Assembly: GCA_024400935.1 (NCBI GenBank) | Contig: JAKSLZ010000002.1 | Location: 7,057-71,056, forward strand | Length of the DNA: 64,000 bases | Direction of reading: 5' to 3' | DNA from: Muribaculaceae bacterium | GTDB lineage: Bacteria > Bacteroidota > Bacteroidia > Bacteroidales > Muribaculaceae | In this document: in pieces, positions 9,946 through 18,785 of the stretch | How the letters are laid out: the number at the start of each line of letters is the position of its first letter | Position numbering within the stretch: position 1 is the first letter of the stretch | The notes under the pieces: model-generated | Database searches by the model: none | What the model was told of the DNA's origin: nothing | Seen by the model: the letters and a program-made list of their open reading frames with translations, nothing else | Program-made: the position numbers and the translations under genes

Positions 9946-11247
9946 ATGAGATTCTGCTTTTCTTTTATATTGCTCTTGTTTGCCTCGCTGTGCATGGTGG
10001 CTGCCAAGACTTCTTCAAGCATCGTTGTGTTGAGCGACCTGCATGTGCTAGAACCGTCACAGGCGCAGACCTTGACCATTGAAAAAGGAGAGCGCAAACT
10101 GCTCACCCATAGTGCCGAACTGCTAGAGCTGGCTATCAAAAACATGGAGAAAGAACCGCCCTGTGTGCTCCTGATAACCGGCGACCTCACTGACCGTGGC
10201 GACTTGGCAAGCCACAAGTGGGTGGCTGCACAGTTGGCCCGAGTTAAAGCTTTGGGTACTACCGTCCTGGTGATACCCGGAAACCATGACACCGGCAAGG
10301 AGGTGAGCAAGGAGCAGTTTGCCCAGATATATGCTGATTGTGGCTACAGCAGCACAACTCGTGACAATAATTCGTTGAGCTATGTGTGCGAGCCCGTTAA
10401 AGGGCTGGTGGTGTTGGGCATCGACAGCAACGGTGACAGTGACGCTGCCATTAAGTGGGCTGCCGGTCAGGCAGGTAACTGCAAGGGTAAGAACGTGATA
10501 GCGATGATGCACCATCACCTCATCCCTCACTTCCTCAAGGAGGAGAAAGTGCTTGCCACCTCGGTCGTTGACGGTAGCCAGTCATCGCGCGATGTGCTCA
10601 TGAAAGCAGGAGTACATCTGGTATTCACCGGCCACACCCACATCCACGATGCAGCCGTGGGCTATAACAGCGCCATGACCGACTCCATTATAGATGTGTG
10701 CACAGGCGCACTTGCAGGCTATCCGCATCCCTACAGGGTGCTCAGCCTCAAGGGCAACAAGATAAAGAGTGATGTCTCCGTGTTCTTGCAGCATCCCGAA
10801 CTGGACAATGCGAGAAGACTGCTCGAGGATGCCATTCCCGCAATGGTACAGGGGCTGGGCCGTAAATATTGGGACAAGGCACTGGGAGCCGTGGTGAACA
10901 ATCCGCTTGCACAGCGCATGCTGGCTGATGGGCTTGACAGGGAAATGGTGAGCGGCTTGATCGACACTCATTTGACACCCACGTTGAGCAAGATTTATGT
11001 GATAACCAGCCGTGGCAACGAGCCTAAAGAGCAAGAGGTGGAGAAACTGAAGGCTGACTTGAAGGAAGGAATTATAGCCGTTGTTCAGGGGGTGGTGAGG
11101 CCGCAGTTCTGTGAGGCCGCAGCCGAGCTTCTCGCACCGGCCATCGAGTCACAGTTGATGCCCATTGTCAACAGCGTTCTTGATGACACTAATCCTCCGT
11201 CAACCACAACGGTCAACGACAATAATTTCATGTTGAAGGGAAAATGA
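9946..11247 (+). CDS. Secreted calcineurin-like metallophosphoesterase
   Basis: Signal peptide; SDLH, TGDLTD, PGNHD, MMHH, TGHTH motifs. Confidence 0.88.
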   Translation: MRFCFSFILLLFASLCMVAAKTSSSIVVLSDLHVLEPSQAQTLTIEKGERKLLTHSAELLELAIKNMEKEPPCVLLITGDLTDRGDLASHKWVAAQLARVKALGTTVLVIPGNHDTGKEVSKEQFAQIYADCGYSSTTRDNNSLSYVCEPVKGLVVLGIDSNGDSDAAIKWAAGQAGNCKGKNVIAMMHHHLIPHFLKEEKVLATSVVDGSQSSRDVLMKAGVHLVFTGHTHIHDAAVGYNSAMTDSIIDVCTGALAGYPHPYRVLSLKGNKIKSDVSVFLQHPELDNARRLLEDAIPAMVQGLGRKYWDKALGAVVNNPLAQRMLADGLDREMVSGLIDTHLTPTLSKIYVITSRGNEPKEQEVEKLKADLKEGIIAVVQGVVRPQFCEAAAELLAPAIESQLMPIVNSVLDDTNPPSTTTVNDNNFMLKGK

Positions 11248-11579
11248 AGGTTATTTACAATAACATCATTCCGTTTGGGCGTTTCAGGGCAATCAACCTG
11301 TGTGGAGTGGTTTTTGCCAAACAAAAGTATGGAAAGCTCAACAAAACTATTATCAATCACGAGAGTGTGCACACGATACAGCAGCTCGAGATGCTCATTG
11401 TGTTCTTCTACTTATGGTATGTGATTGAGTGGTTGGTAAGGTTTTGTATGTGTGGTGATGCAATTAAGGCTTACTACAATATCTCTTTTGAGCGAGAGGC
11501 CTACCACAACGAGCGAAACTATGCCTATCGCCGCTATCGCCGCCTCTGGGCGTGGACCAGCTATCTTGTGCGCAAATGA
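11244..11579 (+). CDS. Small HExxH-motif hypothetical protein
   Basis: INHESVHTIQQ, hydrophobic segment, AYYNISFEREAY; ATGA overlap with upstream gene. Confidence 0.75.
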   Translation: MKVIYNNIIPFGRFRAINLCGVVFAKQKYGKLNKTIINHESVHTIQQLEMLIVFFYLWYVIEWLVRFCMCGDAIKAYYNISFEREAYHNERNYAYRRYRRLWAWTSYLVRK

Positions 11580-11631
11580 AATGCATGTGAGTTTTGGGCT
11601 TTAGTTTGCTTGAAACTCATTTTTTTTTTAT

Positions 11632-11639
11632 TAAATTTG
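11632..11639 (+). promoter_or_regulatory. -7 promoter element (TAAATTTG)
   Basis: TAnnTTTG 22 nt upstream of ATG 11662. Confidence 0.55.
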
Positions 11640-11661
11640 CCATATAATTGCAATTTTATCT

Positions 11662-13632
11662 ATGAACAAGAAAGTTATTCTGCTCACCGTCATGCTGCTG
11701 TGCGTAAGCAATCGGGCTCTTGCTCTAAAATTTTTTGAAGTAGGGGGATTGTGCTATATTCACAATTCTGGAACTAATGTGAAGCTCACTCGCTATTCGA
11801 CTGACATTGCCGAGAATGCAGCGAAATATGTGGGTGACATCGTTGTGCCTTCAACGGTGGAGTATGACGGCAACACTTATAGCGTGACATCTATCGATGC
11901 CAACGCCTTCGAGGGATGCACGAGCCTCACCAGTGTTGAACTGGGCGATAATGTGCGTGAGATTGCGGCAAAAGCTTTCTTTGATTGTAAGAGTTTGACT
12001 CGCATTGAGATACCCGAGGGTATTACCGCAATTGCTTCTAATGCATTCGGCAACACAGGTATTACTACTGTAAACTTTAACGCTCGCCGTTGTTTCTCAT
12101 CGACCGAGCAGCAGGGATGGTTCCAGGGCTCTCCGGTCATTTGCATTAATGTGGGTGACGAGGTGGAGATGATCGACCGTTATCTCGTCAATGGCCTGCC
12201 AATGCTCAAGTCGTTTCATGTTCCTGCCTCGGTTAAGAACATTGACCATGGCACGATGATAGGTACTACCGGCATCGAAAGTCTTACAGTAGATCCCGAG
12301 AACTCACGCTATGACTCGCGCGACAACTGCAATGCCATCATCGACACTGAGGTCAATACCATCATAGCGGGCTGCAGGAATACGACCTATGCACGTGATG
12401 TCACTGGTATTGCTGGGTATGCTTTCTCGGCTACGCCAGCGCATGTGGTGGTTCCGCGCAATATTACCGGCATTGGTTATGGTGCATTTTACCTGTGTCA
12501 GGATCTGGTAACGCTTGATATCCAGGGATTAGTACGCACGATAAACGGTCCGGCCCAAGAGTGCCCCAAGCTCACCCGCGTGGATTTGCCAGCGGTCACT
12601 ACTATGCTTTATGATGGCTGGGTGCAAACCAATCCTGCCCTGGACACCCTCTTCATTCACTCTTACCTGCCGCCCAAAACCCTCAATAATCTTTATTTGC
12701 GATTTAAGGGCGACTTCAGGGTGATTATTCCGCACTCGGCAAAGGTTAACTATTTGACCGATAGCGAGTGGGCTAAGGTGCAGGTGCTTGAAGAAGATGC
12801 CACCGACAACTATGTGAGCATGGTGCGCGAGGGCAACGAGTGGGGCTATTGCCACTATGTCAGGGGAGGGTATGGTAGCCGGTATGTAACGCCTTACTCC
12901 TACAAACTCCAAGGTGATACAATTATCGATGACGTGAAATACAAGAAACTGTATCGCACTGGCGACTCGTGGGTCTATGACACGGATGATCATTACTACT
13001 CAACCACAATACTCTATGCTGTGATGCGCGAAGATGGTAAGAAGGTTTACACCCGCAAGGTGGCTAATGTGGGATGCGAGAATACCTACTTCGGTGGTTT
13101 ACCTGGTGTGTATCAGGGCGAGACAATGAAGTATGACTTTAATTCCCACCAGGATTTCTACGAGCGCTGGACTCACTACGAGAGTGGGGACTGGCCATTT
13201 GAGACTTTTGTTACTGAGACCACCGACTCCTGTCTGCTGGTTGACCGCACATGTTACTACGTCAAGGCTCCCAGCAACAAGGGACGCATTGTCGAGGGTA
13301 TAGGCTTTTATAGTGATGAGCGCGGTGACTTGCTTTCGCTCTTCCTCCGTGTGATACCCATGACCAGATATAACGACCCGCTTGCCTACATGAAGACTGG
13401 TGACGGCAACTATGAGTATTACAGCGAGTTGCTGTGTGGCATTCGCGACCTCTATCCTTATGACGTGAAACGCGACATGGTCATTGACATTGAGGATATT
13501 AACTCCTTGCTTGACATTATTTTGGGTAAACTTGACCCTGGGAAACTAGATGGTCCCATCGATGTCAACCTCGATTGGTCAATCGACATTAGCGACGTCA
13601 GTGCTGTGGAAAACTATATTCTGGGCAAATAA
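11662..13632 (+). CDS. BspA-type leucine-rich-repeat surface protein with C-terminal dockerin-like domain
   Basis: Signal peptide; GDIVVPSTV..VTSIDANAFEGCTSLTSV LRR_5 repeats; YDSRDNCNAII; duplicated DVxxDxxIDIxD motif at C-terminus. Confidence 0.85.
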   Translation: MNKKVILLTVMLLCVSNRALALKFFEVGGLCYIHNSGTNVKLTRYSTDIAENAAKYVGDIVVPSTVEYDGNTYSVTSIDANAFEGCTSLTSVELGDNVREIAAKAFFDCKSLTRIEIPEGITAIASNAFGNTGITTVNFNARRCFSSTEQQGWFQGSPVICINVGDEVEMIDRYLVNGLPMLKSFHVPASVKNIDHGTMIGTTGIESLTVDPENSRYDSRDNCNAIIDTEVNTIIAGCRNTTYARDVTGIAGYAFSATPAHVVVPRNITGIGYGAFYLCQDLVTLDIQGLVRTINGPAQECPKLTRVDLPAVTTMLYDGWVQTNPALDTLFIHSYLPPKTLNNLYLRFKGDFRVIIPHSAKVNYLTDSEWAKVQVLEEDATDNYVSMVREGNEWGYCHYVRGGYGSRYVTPYSYKLQGDTIIDDVKYKKLYRTGDSWVYDTDDHYYSTTILYAVMREDGKKVYTRKVANVGCENTYFGGLPGVYQGETMKYDFNSHQDFYERWTHYESGDWPFETFVTETTDSCLLVDRTCYYVKAPSNKGRIVEGIGFYSDERGDLLSLFLRVIPMTRYNDPLAYMKTGDGNYEYYSELLCGIRDLYPYDVKRDMVIDIEDINSLLDIILGKLDPGKLDGPIDVNLDWSIDISDVSAVENYILGK

Positions 13633-13801
13633 GCCCAAGGGTGTCGCTCTAGGTTGTATATATTCATAAAATCGCATATTAATTCAGGAGGAAATCTTGA
13701 ATTGAGTTCTTTTTTGTCTTTTTTTGCCGTATTTTAGGTGGTTTTATTCCATTTTCTTCCTCTTTCACATATTTAAATATAGGAAAATGGATTTTTTTTT
13801 G

Positions 13802-13809
13802 TAATTTTG
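13802..13809 (+). promoter_or_regulatory. -7 promoter element (TAATTTTG)
   Basis: TAnnTTTG about 30 nt upstream of ATG 13839. Confidence 0.55.
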
Positions 13810-13838
13810 CAGCTAATTTAGGTAAATAAGATTGTTTT

Positions 13839-14999
13839 ATGAGAAAATTTTTAATGTATGTGTTGGCTCTTGCCACCATGCTGTCGGTGAGCTCATGTTT
13901 CAAGGACGAGCCGTTGAATGCCGAATGCGACATAGAAGAAATGACGCTCAATGTGGCGTCACCCGAGGATGTGTTCTTCCAACTCACCGATGCTTATCAG
14001 AGTATACTGTCGACCGACAGTACCATTGTCATTGAAGTTAAAACCAAGGCTGACATTAGTGCTGTTACACCTGTGTTCAAGATTACTCCCGGAGCGACTA
14101 TCACTCCCGCTAGTGGTGTGGCTCAGGACTTCTCGTCAGGCCCTGTCTACTATACCGTTACTTCGCAAGATGGCCAGTGGCATCGTCGCTACCGTGTGGA
14201 GCTTATCCGCCACAAGGAGGAAGTGAAGGCCGATACCATTGCCTATGATTTTACCCACTACGAACTTGATTCAAAGGGCAAGTATAACGTGTGGTATAAC
14301 CTGCTCGACGACTTCAGCAAGTCTTATGACTGGTCGAGTGGTAACGCCGGCTTCCAGCTGAGTATGGGTAGTGCCAAGCCTATGGATTATCCCACTATTC
14401 CCGGAGTGGGCGAGGGTGTTGACGGCAAGGACTGCATCAAGGTGATTACACGCAGCACAGGCTCGTTTGGCATTATGGTCAACAAGCGCATTGCCGCAGG
14501 AAACTTCTTCCTGGGCGACTTTGACGTCTCTATTGCGCTCAAGGATGCAATGAAGGCTACCCGTTTTGGCCGTCCGTTCATGAGCAAGCCTTCAAAGTTT
14601 ATAGGCTACTATAAGTACACTCCCGGAGAGAAGTATCAGGACAAGCTGGGTAAAGAGGTACCTGACATGGTTGACAATGGCTCGATTTATGCAGTACTCT
14701 ACCGCAACCACGATGCCGATGGCAATGCCATTGTGCTCTATGGCGACAACGTGCTCACAAGCGAGAACATCGTTGCCGTGGCCAAGGTGCCCGACGTTCA
14801 CCCCACCACCGAGTGGACCAGGTGGGAACTCGACTTTGACTACAAGGGAGTGGTTGACGACGAGATACTCCAGAACAAGGGCTATAGCCTGGTCATCGTG
14901 TTCTCATCAAGCTTCAAGGGCGATGTCTTTGAAGGTGCTGTGGGCAGTACACTCACTGTGGACAAGGTGAGCATTGTGTGCAACAAGGAGAATGACTAA
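13839..14999 (+). CDS. PCMD-domain lipoprotein (Ig-like N-domain plus putative carbohydrate metabolism domain)
   Basis: Lipobox VSSC, EPLNAECDI, TPGATITP..QDFS..VYYTVTSQDG, WSSGNAGF, IAAGNFFLG, FGRPF, IVFSSS..GD.FEGAVGSTL.VD. Confidence 0.85.
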   Translation: MRKFLMYVLALATMLSVSSCFKDEPLNAECDIEEMTLNVASPEDVFFQLTDAYQSILSTDSTIVIEVKTKADISAVTPVFKITPGATITPASGVAQDFSSGPVYYTVTSQDGQWHRRYRVELIRHKEEVKADTIAYDFTHYELDSKGKYNVWYNLLDDFSKSYDWSSGNAGFQLSMGSAKPMDYPTIPGVGEGVDGKDCIKVITRSTGSFGIMVNKRIAAGNFFLGDFDVSIALKDAMKATRFGRPFMSKPSKFIGYYKYTPGEKYQDKLGKEVPDMVDNGSIYAVLYRNHDADGNAIVLYGDNVLTSENIVAVAKVPDVHPTTEWTRWELDFDYKGVVDDEILQNKGYSLVIVFSSSFKGDVFEGAVGSTLTVDKVSIVCNKEND

Positions 15000-15019
15000 A
15001 TGATATTAAGATAACTACA

Positions 15020-15799
15020 ATGATGAAGGATATGAAAAAAATCATTATAGCTGCCGTTATAGCTTTGACAGCCCTCACCGGCAGCGCATTTAACCCCATA
15101 CGTGGCGCGGCAAATATAATCAGAGAAAGTGATGTTAACGTGCGTCTGGGGTATGGCATAGGCGGCACCATGCCCATAGGCATGCCGGCCACCATACGTC
15201 ATCTCAACACTTATAAGCTCCAGTTCAACCCCTCGCTGGGTATCGACGTGGACTATCCTCTCCAGGATAACTTCGGCATCATGGCTGGTCTCCAGCTTGA
15301 GAATAAGGGTATGGAGGAGGACGCCCTGGTCAAAAACTACAAGATGACCATAGAGCGCGGCGGTCAGACTCTCTCGGGTGTCTTTACCGGTGATGTTACC
15401 ACTAAGGTTACCCAATGGATGCTCACAATTCCGGTGCAGTTCACTTATAGATACAAGGCCATGAACTTTAAGTTTGGACCATACGTCTCTTATGTGGGCA
15501 GCCGTGACTTCAGCGGTAGTGCGCACAATGGCTACTTGCGTGTCGACGATCCCACTGGCGCCAAGGTGGAGTTGGGCGAGGGCAAGGACGAACGTGGCGA
15601 CTATGACTTCTCTAAGGATATGCGCCGCATGCATGTGGGACTTGACTTGGGTGTTGACTGGCACTTCAATAATCGAATTGGTGCATTTGCCGACCTCACT
15701 TGGGGCCTGAGTCGTGTACACAAGACCGGATTTAACACAATAGAGCCCCCTCTCTACCCGGTGTATGCCAAGTTTGGACTCACTTATAGATTGAAATAA
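15020..15799 (+). CDS. Outer-membrane beta-barrel (porin family) protein
   Basis: Signal peptide; GYGIGGTMPIGMPATIR, LENKGM, LTIPV, terminal beta strand KFGLTYRLK. Confidence 0.8.
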   Translation: MMKDMKKIIIAAVIALTALTGSAFNPIRGAANIIRESDVNVRLGYGIGGTMPIGMPATIRHLNTYKLQFNPSLGIDVDYPLQDNFGIMAGLQLENKGMEEDALVKNYKMTIERGGQTLSGVFTGDVTTKVTQWMLTIPVQFTYRYKAMNFKFGPYVSYVGSRDFSGSAHNGYLRVDDPTGAKVELGEGKDERGDYDFSKDMRRMHVGLDLGVDWHFNNRIGAFADLTWGLSRVHKTGFNTIEPPLYPVYAKFGLTYRLK

Positions 15800-15835
15800 A
15801 CCCAAAACACAGAAACGAAAATACAATTTAAAAAG

Positions 15836-17971
15836 ATGAAAAAGATTTTTTCAATTTTAGCTGCAGGTGTATGTTCAATAGCTGCGATGGCTAATACATA
15901 CACTGGCACAATGACCGTTATTTTAAGTAACGGTGAGGACGAAGTTAAGACTACTATTGAAAATGCTCAGGTGGTTATCAACAACGAGGGTAACAACACC
16001 TTCAGCATCTCTACAAGCGACCTTACAGTCTCTGACGGTGAGGCTACTGTCAATCTTGGTTCGCTCGTGCTCAATGGCGTGGGCGGTTCCAGCAATGCTA
16101 CTACAAGCGCTGCTTTCCATCTGGGCAATATCACCTTCTCTGGTGCTGAGGGTACTCCCTTTGACGATTGCATGGGCATCGTGATGGCTCGTTGCACCCA
16201 GGACTATGCAGCGCTCGACGCTAACATCAGTGTTGACGATGACACTGACATGACTATCCTCTTTGACAACACTGGTGACGCATTCCAGATCAAGAATAGC
16301 GACTTTGAGTTGTGGACCGCTTCGAGTGGTGAGGCTGTGAACTGGCATGGCTTCAAGAGTGCATCTGGCAGTTTGGCACAAGCTGCATCAAGTACGTTTG
16401 GCAAAAGCACCGATGTGCGTCCTGGCAGTAAGGGAAAATATAGCGCGATTGCTACTTCTAATTCAACGTTTGGAATCGTTGCTAACGGCACAATGACCAA
16501 TGGCCAGTTAAATGCCGCTAACATGAGTGCAGCCAACACTTCTAACCACAGCCACATGGATAAGGCTTCAACTGAAAAGGACAAGGATGGTAATCCTTTC
16601 TATACACCTCTTCTGGCTCAGCCCGATTCAGTCAATGTGTGGATAAAATTCTCACAAGGCACGGCTAATAAATCTTATCCTTATTGCACAATCAGTGCTA
16701 TTGTATATGACGATACAAGCACCCCGGGTGCTACTTATTACCAAGACCCCGAGAACAAAACCTATGCTAACGTGGTTGCGCGTGCCAAGAAGAGTGATAT
16801 CGTGGTGAGTGGTTGGAATCAGTACTCAATTCCTTTTACCCCCGATGCTAAAACTGCGGCCAACAAGAGCGCCGATGCTATCCTTGTCACTGCATCGACC
16901 AACGCAACTCCCGGTAAGGGCTCTAAGGGCGACCAGATATTGCTTGATGACTTGCAGCTCGTTTATGAAGCTGCTGTGACCAGCGTGAGCTACAACGGCG
17001 AGGCTCTCACATTTGACGAGGACAACTCTTACACCATGCCTGGCACCTACAGCTCAGCTCCCAGCCTTGATGCGTTCACTTATACCACTAAGGGTGCAAG
17101 TGCTCTTCCCGGCGTAGTGTGCGTTGAAAGCGATGAAGCTTATATGGTAACCGTGTATGCTGTATCGGGCGACCTCAAGAAAGGCGACCTGCGCAACATC
17201 ATATTCCCCAAGGACATGACTGATACTCCCCAGTCGCTCGAGGACGTTCTTGACCTGGCAACTGACGGTGAAACTGTGACTATCGACGCTCTCTACATCG
17301 CTCATGGTGCTGCTGGAACTCTATATTGCACCGACGGCGACGACAACTGGATTAGCGTGGTTGCTGACGGCGATGTATTCAGCAGTATCCTGAACAGCTC
17401 AATCGTTACCAATGTTAAGGGTGTGATCAACAATCTCAAGACAAATCCCACCATCACCCTCACCGACTATAAGGATTGTGAAGGTACTGGTCACCTCGTA
17501 GAGTTTGAGACTATTGACTTGGTACACCACTTCCAGGCTAAACCTTGCGGTGTATACAAGGTATCGGGTTATGCCGATGCTAACGGCAACCTGCGCGCTT
17601 ACAGCGGCAATAACGGCACCATGGGACAGGCTCTCGCAATCAACAACGTCTACCTGCCCGGACAGGCATTCGTTCCCGGACAGTTCTACAACCTCGTTGC
17701 GGCATTCACCATCAACGAGCCCTGGTATGAGGACAACAGCGCTCCCCGCAAGATCTCGGCCGAGTATTACTTCCAGAACTACACCATCCTGCCTCTTGAG
17801 CTCAACACAGTCTCTACAGGCATCGATGTAGTGGACGCAACCGCTAAGGTAGTGAGCGTGCGCTACTACAACATGGCCGGTGCACAGGTCGACGCTCAGG
17901 CACAAGGCTCACTCATCATGGTAAAGACCATGAGCGACGGCAAGGTGAAGGTGGAGAAAATCATCAAGTAA
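15836..17971 (+). CDS. Secreted calycin-like plus PCMD-like multidomain protein with probable T9SS C-terminal domain
   Basis: Signal peptide; TYTGTMTV N-domain; QIKNSDFELW..PDSVNVWIKF..LLDDLQLVY domain; STGIDVV..YYNMAGAQV..KVEKIIK CTD-like tail. Confidence 0.7.
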   Translation: MKKIFSILAAGVCSIAAMANTYTGTMTVILSNGEDEVKTTIENAQVVINNEGNNTFSISTSDLTVSDGEATVNLGSLVLNGVGGSSNATTSAAFHLGNITFSGAEGTPFDDCMGIVMARCTQDYAALDANISVDDDTDMTILFDNTGDAFQIKNSDFELWTASSGEAVNWHGFKSASGSLAQAASSTFGKSTDVRPGSKGKYSAIATSNSTFGIVANGTMTNGQLNAANMSAANTSNHSHMDKASTEKDKDGNPFYTPLLAQPDSVNVWIKFSQGTANKSYPYCTISAIVYDDTSTPGATYYQDPENKTYANVVARAKKSDIVVSGWNQYSIPFTPDAKTAANKSADAILVTASTNATPGKGSKGDQILLDDLQLVYEAAVTSVSYNGEALTFDEDNSYTMPGTYSSAPSLDAFTYTTKGASALPGVVCVESDEAYMVTVYAVSGDLKKGDLRNIIFPKDMTDTPQSLEDVLDLATDGETVTIDALYIAHGAAGTLYCTDGDDNWISVVADGDVFSSILNSSIVTNVKGVINNLKTNPTITLTDYKDCEGTGHLVEFETIDLVHHFQAKPCGVYKVSGYADANGNLRAYSGNNGTMGQALAINNVYLPGQAFVPGQFYNLVAAFTINEPWYEDNSAPRKISAEYYFQNYTILPLELNTVSTGIDVVDATAKVVSVRYYNMAGAQVDAQAQGSLIMVKTMSDGKVKVEKIIK

Positions 17972-18009
17972 ATATTTATAGAAACATATAGAAATCGATT
18001 TTTAGAATT

Positions 18010-18564
18010 ATGAAGAAAATTTTTGTTATGCTTGCAGCTGCAGCTTGCTCGCTCGCTGCTATGGCAACTGATTACACAGGTAAGCTCACAGTAAATGTGA
18101 ATGATGTAGTTTCAGAGATGGAAACCACTATCTCGGTCGACGAATCGGCTGGTGTTTGCAACTTTGACCTCAAGAACTTTGTCCTCGTTGCTGAGGATGG
18201 CAACAAGATGGGTGTGGGCAATATCTCATTGCACAATCTTGCAGGCAACACAGCTTATGGATTCACTAACATCAAGTTCAACGACAAGGTGGTAATCACT
18301 GAGGGTGACCTCGAGGAAGTTGACTTCTGGATGGGCCCCATCCTGGGTGAGGTTCCTGTGGTTCTCAATGCTGACTTCAATGCACAGGCATTGAGCGTGA
18401 ACATCGATATCGACATGATGGATACTCTGGAGCAGGTCATCAAGGTTAACTTTGTGGGCACAGCTCCCGCAGTTCCCGGTCTCAAGGGCGACGTAAATGG
18501 TGACGGCACAGTAGACGTTTCAGACGTTACTACAGTTATCAACGTGATGCTGGGCGGCAAGTAA
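18010..18564 (+). CDS. Secreted calycin-like domain protein with a single dockerin-like repeat
   Basis: ATDYTGKLTVNVN..LKNFVL..MGVGNI..WMGPILGEVPV..IDIDM; C-terminal KGDVNGDGTVDVSDVT. Confidence 0.78.
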   Translation: MKKIFVMLAAAACSLAAMATDYTGKLTVNVNDVVSEMETTISVDESAGVCNFDLKNFVLVAEDGNKMGVGNISLHNLAGNTAYGFTNIKFNDKVVITEGDLEEVDFWMGPILGEVPVVLNADFNAQALSVNIDIDMMDTLEQVIKVNFVGTAPAVPGLKGDVNGDGTVDVSDVTTVINVMLGGK

Positions 18565-18585
18565 ACCGCATCATTACTCATAAGC

Positions 18586-18630
18586 GAGGGGTTACATCTC
18601 TGTTTTGAGATGTGGCCCCTTGTTTTTTTT
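18586..18630 (+). terminator. Rho-independent terminator
   Basis: GAGGGGTTACATCTC/GAGATGTGGCCCCTT stem followed by a T tract. Confidence 0.75.
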
Positions 18631-18739
18631 CGACGTTCAGCGAGAGGTAAGATTCTCTCGGTGGCTTCGCATTATGGCTACTTCTCATTCTTTTTTAAAC
18701 TTTTAAACGATTATACTTTTAAACCTTTGCAAAAATCAC

Positions 18740-18747
18740 TATCTTTG
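18740..18747 (+). promoter_or_regulatory. -7 promoter element (TATCTTTG) for valS
   Basis: TAnnTTTG upstream of ATG 18786. Confidence 0.6.
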
Positions 18748-18785
18748 TAGTTTGAAATAGAATATATTAAATTTTAAACAATTAT

